Below are positions 58,125 through 64,000 of a stretch of 64,000 nucleotides of DNA, in pieces. Below the pieces are notes generated by a model. The model saw only the letters and a program-made list of their open reading frames with translations, searched no databases and was not told the origin of the DNA. Position 1 is the stretch's first letter. Each line of letters starts with the position of its first letter. The stretch spans positions 23,029 through 87,028 of the forward strand of contig QCHG01000003.1 of the NCBI GenBank assembly GCA_003278045.1, read 5' to 3'. Origin of the DNA: Prochlorococcus sp. AG-402-A04. Lineage in GTDB: Bacteria; Cyanobacteriota; Cyanobacteriia; PCC-6307; Cyanobiaceae. The position numbers were made by a program, and so were the translations under genes.

Positions 58125-60290
58125 GTGGAAGGACAAAATAAGTCGATCACGTTTGACGGACGAGAGATACGACTAACTACAGGACTATATGCTCCTCAAG
58201 CAAGTGGATCAGTAATGATTGAGTGCGGAGACACCTCCTTACTAGTTACAGCGACAAAAACAACCAAAAAAGAGGTTTCAGACTTTCTACCTCTTATTTG
58301 CGATTATGAGGAAAAACTATATGCTGCTGGAAGAATTCCAGGCGGTTTCATGAGAAGAGAGGGTCGTCCCCCAGAAAGAGCTACCTTAATCTCAAGATTG
58401 ATTGATAGGCCAATGAGACCTCTTTTCCCTTCTTGGATGAGAGATGAAATTCAAATAGTTGCTTCCTGCCTCTCTCTAGATGAAAGGGTACCAGCTGATG
58501 TTCTTGCTGTCACAGGAGCTTCAATTGCAACTTTGCTTGGTGAGATACCTTTTTACGGGCCAATGGCTGCTGTCAGAGTCGGATTAATAGGAGATGATTT
58601 CATCCTAAATCCAAGCTACAGAGAAATAGAGAAAGGTGATTTAGATATTGTCGTTGCAGGTTCACCTGACGGTATTGTAATGATAGAGGCAGGCGCTAAT
58701 CAATTATCAGAACAAGATACTATTGAAGCAATAGATTTTGGCTATGAGGCAGTTGCTGAACTCATTAAATCTCAAGAAGATCTACTAAAGGATTTAGGAA
58801 TAAATCAAATTAAGCCATCTGCCCCTGAAGAAGACAAAACATTAACCTCTTATTTGGAGAAAAATTGCACAAAAACTGTTGAACTTGTTTTAAAAAAATT
58901 TGATCAGTCAAAAGATGAGAGAGATCTTGAACTTGAAAAGATAAAAATTGAAACTCAAAGCAAAATTGAATCTTTAAAAGATGACAATCAATTAAAAGTT
59001 CTGATAACAGAAAATGATAAATTGTTAAGTTCCGACTTTAAAAAACTTACAAAGAAATTAATGAGGTCGCAAATTATTAATGATGGGAAAAGAGTTGATG
59101 GTCGTGAATTAGATGAGGTGAGGAAAATTTCAGCAAAGGCAGGAATTCTTCCAAAGAGAGTTCATGGTTCAGCTTTATTTCAAAGAGGTTTAACGCAGGT
59201 TTTATCTACTGCTACACTTGGCACTCCCAGTGATGCCCAAGAGATGGATGACCTCAATCCAAGCACTGAAAAAACTTATCTACATCACTATAATTTCCCC
59301 CCATATTCTGTTGGAGAAACTAGACCAATGCGAACTCCTGGCAGAAGAGAAATTGGTCATGGAGCTCTAGCGGAAAGAGCAATTATCCCCGTCCTTCCTG
59401 GCAAGGAAACTTTTCCTTACGTGCTGAGAGTAGTCAGTGAGGTTTTAAGTTCAAATGGTTCTACTTCAATGGGATCTGTATGTGGGAGTACACTTTCATT
59501 ATTAGACGCTGGTGTCCCACTAAAAGCTCCAGTTAGCGGGACTGCTATGGGTCTAATTAAAGAAGGCAAAGAAATTAGAATACTTACAGATATTCAAGGT
59601 ATTGAAGACTTTCTTGGTGATATGGATTTCAAAGTTGCTGGAACCGAGAAAGGAATTACAGCTCTCCAAATGGATATGAAAATAACAGGTTTACCAGTGT
59701 CTATTGTTTCTGATGCCATAAAAAAAGCACGCCCAGCAAGATTGCATATCTTGGAAAAAATGCAAGAGGCAATTGATAAACCTCAAGAATCTCTCTCTCC
59801 TCATGCACCTAGACTTTTAAGCTTCAGAATTGATCCAGAACTTATAGGTACTGTAATAGGACCTGGGGGAAGAACTATTAAAGGTATTACTGAAAGAACT
59901 AATACAAAAATAGATATAGAGGATGGAGGAATTGTAACTATTGCTTCTCACGACGGAGCTGCTGCAGAAGAAGCACAAAAGATAATAGAGGGATTAACTC
60001 GAAAAGTACATGAAGGTGAAATCTTCTCAGGAGTGGTAACAAGAATTATTCCTATTGGAGCATTTGTTGAAATCCTTCCTGGTAAAGAAGGCATGGTCCA
60101 CATCTCTCAATTATCAGAGGCGAGAGTTGAAAGAGTTGAAGATGTTATAAGGCAGGGTGATGAAGTAACCGTAAGAGTTCGTGAAATTGATAGCCGAGGT
60201 AGGATCAACTTAACTTTAAGAGGAGTCGCTCAAAATGGAGGCATGTCTTATCCAGAACCAACTCCAACTCCAGTAGCTCCTCTCAATTAG
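58125..60290 (+). CDS. pnp: polyribonucleotide nucleotidyltransferase
   Basis: Two RNase PH domains ([16 protein letters not shown]), KH and S1. Confidence 0.98.
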   Translation: MEGQNKSITFDGREIRLTTGLYAPQASGSVMIECGDTSLLVTATKTTKKEVSDFLPLICDYEEKLYAAGRIPGGFMRREGRPPERATLISRLIDRPMRPLFPSWMRDEIQIVASCLSLDERVPADVLAVTGASIATLLGEIPFYGPMAAVRVGLIGDDFILNPSYREIEKGDLDIVVAGSPDGIVMIEAGANQLSEQDTIEAIDFGYEAVAELIKSQEDLLKDLGINQIKPSAPEEDKTLTSYLEKNCTKTVELVLKKFDQSKDERDLELEKIKIETQSKIESLKDDNQLKVLITENDKLLSSDFKKLTKKLMRSQIINDGKRVDGRELDEVRKISAKAGILPKRVHGSALFQRGLTQVLSTATLGTPSDAQEMDDLNPSTEKTYLHHYNFPPYSVGETRPMRTPGRREIGHGALAERAIIPVLPGKETFPYVLRVVSEVLSSNGSTSMGSVCGSTLSLLDAGVPLKAPVSGTAMGLIKEGKEIRILTDIQGIEDFLGDMDFKVAGTEKGITALQMDMKITGLPVSIVSDAIKKARPARLHILEKMQEAIDKPQESLSPHAPRLLSFRIDPELIGTVIGPGGRTIKGITERTNTKIDIEDGGIVTIASHDGAAAEEAQKIIEGLTRKVHEGEIFSGVVTRIIPIGAFVEILPGKEGMVHISQLSEARVERVEDVIRQGDEVTVRVREIDSRGRINLTLRGVAQNGGMSYPEPTPTPVAPLN

Positions 60291-61194
60291 AGAAAAAAGG
60301 ATATAAATCATATTTCTTAATAATTTCTTTTATCTCCAAACAAATATTTTGATGCATGAGATAATTATTTGATGCCACTATTATTCCTCCCTGTTCAAAA
60401 TTTGATTTTCCAAAAGTTAGTTCTTGGTTATCTAAATTAGTAATTGCGCCCCCAGCTAATTTTAAAATAGCCGTGGGGGCAGCAAAATCCCAATCTTTTG
60501 GGGAGCTTTTTCCAGGTATGCTTAAACATATATAAATATCACACTCTCCTCTAACAATAGATGTAATCTTACAGCCAATACTACCCATAACAATTACTTC
60601 TTTAAAGCCAATTTTCTGGATCAAATTTTTTAAAGTTGCATTTCTATGATTTTTACTAGTTACTAAGACCATCTCTTTAAGATTTTTATTATTAGGTCGA
60701 TTAAGTTTTATTAGTGATCCATCTCTTTTCTCACCCCATATGTTCTCATTATTACTTATCCATAATTCATCCTTTTCGGGTATTAAAACGATTCCAATAA
60801 ATGGCTTATTTTTATAATTCAATGCCAAGTGCATAGCATAGTCACTTGTTCCTTGAATGAAATCTTTTGTTCCATCAAGAGGATCAAGAACCCACAACCA
60901 ATCCGCGCTAGGATAATAATTCTCAGACTCTATCTTTACATTCTCTTCGCTCAATATTTCCCAATTAATATCCCTATATTTTTCATTAATTCTTTTAATA
61001 ATTAAATTATTGACTTTCAAATCAGCTATTGTAACTGGATCTTCAGTATTGTCATTTTTTAGAATATTAGTTTTATGTTTTGGATCTTTTAGTATTTTAG
61101 AATAATAAAGTAAAACATCTGCAGCTTCCCAACTAAAAATCCTCAAATCTTCAATGAGGCTACTAATTTCTACACCCGATGGTAATTGAATCAC
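60283..61194 (-). CDS. cysQ: 3'(2'),5'-bisphosphate nucleotidase CysQ family
   Basis: PVTIAD, SEE, DPLDGT and WDFAA. Confidence 0.9.
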   Translation of the reverse strand: MIQLPSGVEISSLIEDLRIFSWEAADVLLYYSKILKDPKHKTNILKNDNTEDPVTIADLKVNNLIIKRINEKYRDINWEILSEENVKIESENYYPSADWLWVLDPLDGTKDFIQGTSDYAMHLALNYKNKPFIGIVLIPEKDELWISNNENIWGEKRDGSLIKLNRPNNKNLKEMVLVTSKNHRNATLKNLIQKIGFKEVIVMGSIGCKITSIVRGECDIYICLSIPGKSSPKDWDFAAPTAILKLAGGAITNLDNQELTFGKSNFEQGGIIVASNNYLMHQNICLEIKEIIKKYDLYPFFSN

Positions 61195-61196
61195 TA

Positions 61197-62063
61197 ATGA
61201 ATAATAAACCTACATCTTCTCATAAAAAACAAGAACCTGAAAGTGGTTGTTTATATATAGTTGGTACACCTATTGGTAATTTAAGTGATCTTTCTTATAG
61301 AGCAATAAATATTCTTAAAAATGTTTCTCAAATTGCTTGCGAAGATACTAGACAAACAGCAAAAATAATGAGCAAATATGATTTTAAAAATAATCTTATA
61401 AGTTTTAATAAAAATAACTCTTTTCAAAAAATTCCAAGAATAATAAAAAACCTAAACGAAGGCCAATCATATGCTTTAGTGAGTGATGCAGGTATGCCAA
61501 GTATATGTGATCCTGGCGAGGACCTTATTAAAGAAGCTAGATCTAATGATTTACCCGTAATTTGCATTCCAGGACCATGTGCAGCAATAACTGCACTTGT
61601 AACTAGTGGTCTTCCATCTTCAAAGTTTATATTTCTAGGTTTTCTTCCAAAAAAGCCTTCTGAAAGGAGAGAAATATTGTTAGCTATCAGTAGAAACGAA
61701 AATACTACAATAATATTTGAATCCCCCCATCGCCTAAAAAAGCTGCTTTACGAATTAAAAGAATATTGTGGGGGCAATAGAGAAATACGAGTTTCTAGAG
61801 AATTAACAAAAAGGTTTGAGCAACATATTGGGGATAATATTTACGAAGTTATTGATTTTTTTCAGGAGAAAGAGGTGATTGGTGAAATCACAGTTGTAAT
61901 TGATGGAATAAAAAAATCCAATAATAATTTAGAGTTTGATATCTTTGAAATAAAAAAAGATCTTAATGATTTAATTAAAGCCGGTTTAACGTTATCGGCA
62001 GCCTCCAAATACTTAGCCAAAAAAAATAATCTCCCAAAAAGCATGATATATAATTTGCATTAA
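61197..62063 (+). CDS. rsmI: 16S rRNA (cytidine1402-2'-O)-methyltransferase (track start 61179)
   Basis: GTPIGNL, CEDTR, SDAGMPSICDPG, ESPHR and RELTK. Confidence 0.95.
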   Translation: MNNKPTSSHKKQEPESGCLYIVGTPIGNLSDLSYRAINILKNVSQIACEDTRQTAKIMSKYDFKNNLISFNKNNSFQKIPRIIKNLNEGQSYALVSDAGMPSICDPGEDLIKEARSNDLPVICIPGPCAAITALVTSGLPSSKFIFLGFLPKKPSERREILLAISRNENTTIIFESPHRLKKLLYELKEYCGGNREIRVSRELTKRFEQHIGDNIYEVIDFFQEKEVIGEITVVIDGIKKSNNNLEFDIFEIKKDLNDLIKAGLTLSAASKYLAKKNNLPKSMIYNLH

Positions 62064-62088
62064 AATTTAATTAAATAACTTTTAAAAA

Positions 62089-62322
62089 ATGTTTCACCCT
62101 TTAAAAAAAATATTTTTTACAGTTTCGTTCAATATCTCATTACTTTTGATGTTAATGATTGGGATACAAAATAGTTCAAATACTAGAAAAGTAAATTTAA
62201 TTTTAAGCGAAACAGTAAGATTGCCAATAAGTTTCATAATTGGAATAAGTTTCATAAGTGGTTCATTAACAGGCAGCCTTTTAACAACAAATTTTATAAA
62301 CCAAAAAAAATCAAATTTTTAA
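62089..62322 (+). CDS. small membrane protein (LapA-like)
   Basis: TM helix, QNS, V.L, P, then a second TM helix. Confidence 0.65.
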   Translation: MFHPLKKIFFTVSFNISLLLMLMIGIQNSSNTRKVNLILSETVRLPISFIIGISFISGSLTGSLLTTNFINQKKSNF

Positions 62323-63002
62323 AGTGCTATTAATTTATCACCACTTACAATTCTTGAAATACCTCTAGAGACTAAAATTGGCGCAACTATCTTAAATACA
62401 TCTGTGTTTGGCACTTTTATCACTTTTTGCTCTTTATTGCAAAATCTTTTTGCATATTTAAAGTCTTCAAAAATTTGAATTGTTTTTCTATTTAGTTCAT
62501 CTATTGAAAGAAATTGCCAATCTGCATAATCTTTTAGTAGTTTAGTTTCTAATTCAATTTTTTTATCTACAATCATATAAACGACTTTAGGGAAATCTAT
62601 CTCTGATATGGGAACTGAAGATAATTCTGGTCGAGATGAATTATCGATCTCATAATCTATTGGAGCAATTTCAATAAATGACTCTAATGGGACAAATTCT
62701 AATTCTTTTCTATTTTTTTCAGAGGTTTTTAAATCTACAATATCTTTCTGAAAAACTTCATCATCAGTTTTTTGATCTAATACAGTATTGTTATAATTTT
62801 TTTGCCCTAAAGTTTTTTCTTTAAGAGATTTACTTTTTTGAATTAGTTCTTTATATTTTATATCTCCAAGATTTTTCTTCAAATTCCTTGATACTGTTGA
62901 TTTTGTACAATGGAATTCTTTTGATAAGACATCAATAGATTTACCAGATTTAAATTTTTGTACTAGTTCTTTTTTTTGTATTTCCGAAAGTCTTTTTGTC
63001 AA
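62319..63002 (-). CDS. hypothetical protein with N-terminal helix-turn-helix
   Basis: GKSIDVLSKEFHCTKSTVSRNLK HTH followed by a C-terminal domain of unknown function. Confidence 0.75.
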   Translation of the reverse strand: MTKRLSEIQKKELVQKFKSGKSIDVLSKEFHCTKSTVSRNLKKNLGDIKYKELIQKSKSLKEKTLGQKNYNNTVLDQKTDDEVFQKDIVDLKTSEKNRKELEFVPLESFIEIAPIDYEIDNSSRPELSSVPISEIDFPKVVYMIVDKKIELETKLLKDYADWQFLSIDELNRKTIQIFEDFKYAKRFCNKEQKVIKVPNTDVFKIVAPILVSRGISRIVSGDKLIAL

Positions 63003-63271
63003 GATTAAATTTCAATAACATAAATATCCTAAGAAAATTTATGAAAAAAATAAAGTCTCAAAGATATTTAGTAATTTTGGATCGTTAATATATTTTTCTT
63101 ATATATTTTATTTTTTCAAAGCTTTACATTTTTGTCATGTAAAGGATATGAAAATTGATTGATTAAATTTTTTATCACTTTAAATTTTAAATACATATAA
63201 TTTATTTGTAACTTAATAATTTTCAATTAATAATTTAAGATTTTATAATTGACCCTATAATTTAGTATTCT

Positions 63272-64000
63272 ATGAATTGTTTATTACCAAAATCTTTTAA
63301 ATTTAAGCAGGCAAAAGATCTTATTAGAATCGGAAAAGATAACGATGGTGGATATTTGATTTCTAAAAAGGATTTATTAAAATCAGATTTTTTACTTAGT
63401 CTAGGAATTTGCGATGACTGGTCATTTGAAAAAGATTTTATAAATAAAAATAAAATACCTTTACATGCTTATGATGCCTTATTAGATTATAAATTTTTAA
63501 GAAATTTAAATATTTCTATTGTAGACAAAATAAAAAAAATTTTTTCTTACAATAATTTTTTCAAAGGGACTAATATTCATTTTAGAAAATTTGTTGGTAT
63601 CAATAATAATAAAGAAGGTTTCTATACATTATCATCTGTTTTAAAGGATTTAGAATTTAAAGCAATATTTTTGAAAATTGATATTGAAGGATCTGAGTAT
63701 AGAATTCTGGATAGTATTATTTCCAACCATAACAAGCTAAGTGGATTAGTAATAGAATTTCATGATTGTGATATTAATCTTTCAAAAATAGAATGGTTCA
63801 TAAAAAACTTTAACTTAAAGTTAGTTCATATCCATGCTAATAATCATGGTTTAGTTGATTTAGACAAAAAAATACCCTTAGCTTTAGAACTTACTTTTAG
63901 TAAATATTGTGAATTAAATGATCAATTAGAACTTCCTCACCCATTAGACATGAGAAATGGAAATAATAGAGAAGAAATAAATTTAGAATTCTTAAAATGA
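63272..64000 (+). CDS. FkbM-like / Methyltransf_22-type methyltransferase domain protein
   Basis: RIGKDNDGGY, LKIDIEGSEY, IEFH and HIHANN; very AT-rich. Confidence 0.78.
   Translation: MNCLLPKSFKFKQAKDLIRIGKDNDGGYLISKKDLLKSDFLLSLGICDDWSFEKDFINKNKIPLHAYDALLDYKFLRNLNISIVDKIKKIFSYNNFFKGTNIHFRKFVGINNNKEGFYTLSSVLKDLEFKAIFLKIDIEGSEYRILDSIISNHNKLSGLVIEFHDCDINLSKIEWFIKNFNLKLVHIHANNHGLVDLDKKIPLALELTFSKYCELNDQLELPHPLDMRNGNNREEINLEFLK

Noticed and set aside
8316-62044. Many antisense or nested ORFs in the track (inside polA, dxr, pntB, trxB, psbDC, cobQ, sppA, serS, rsmI and others)
   Set aside because: Shadow ORFs of well-supported genes, with no motifs.
63003-63271. tRNA or att site at the island edge
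   Set aside because: No T-loop (GTTCGA) or cloverleaf is visible in this spacer.
1-64000. CRISPR array, transposase, integrase, prophage or defence operon
   Set aside because: No regularly spaced repeats and no ORF with recombinase, transposase, nuclease or phage structural motifs were seen.

Overview
AT-rich picocyanobacterial DNA that is almost certainly from a high-light Prochlorococcus: it has psbDC, a Pcb/IsiA-type antenna, hli genes and no phycobilisome genes. Bases 1-6.3 kb are the tail of an accessory island. It holds a 5'-truncated moaA, a gene behind a glutamine-II riboswitch, a structured RNA leader with an NtcA-type promoter, a class I glutamine amidotransferase, four hli genes and many small ORFs. 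Core genes follow (ychF, polA, cysS, dxr, pntAB, trxB, infA, petM, ilvN, ycf4, psbDC, maf, cobQ). Next is a small islet beside tRNA-Ser(CGA) with a Yfr2-family sRNA, a rhomboid protease, a CP12-like peptide and another candidate RNA. An iron-stress neighbourhood comes after it (idiA/futA, PiuC-like hydroxylase, secreted Cys-loop peptide, porin, pcb/isiA, flavodoxin), then more core genes (sppA, aroH, rpmH-rnpA-yidC, serS, rseP, rpsN, pnp, cysQ, rsmI). The last gene probably opens a cell-surface island. The best candidate for an undescribed system is a nitrogen-sensing module at 1.2-2.1 kb. There, a membrane-protein gene predicted to be NtcA-repressed and riboswitch-gated sits next to a predicted NtcA-activated RNA whose hairpin loop (CCCGUUCC) is exactly complementary to the riboswitch core (GGAACGGG). 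All calls are from reading the sequence; no searches were run.
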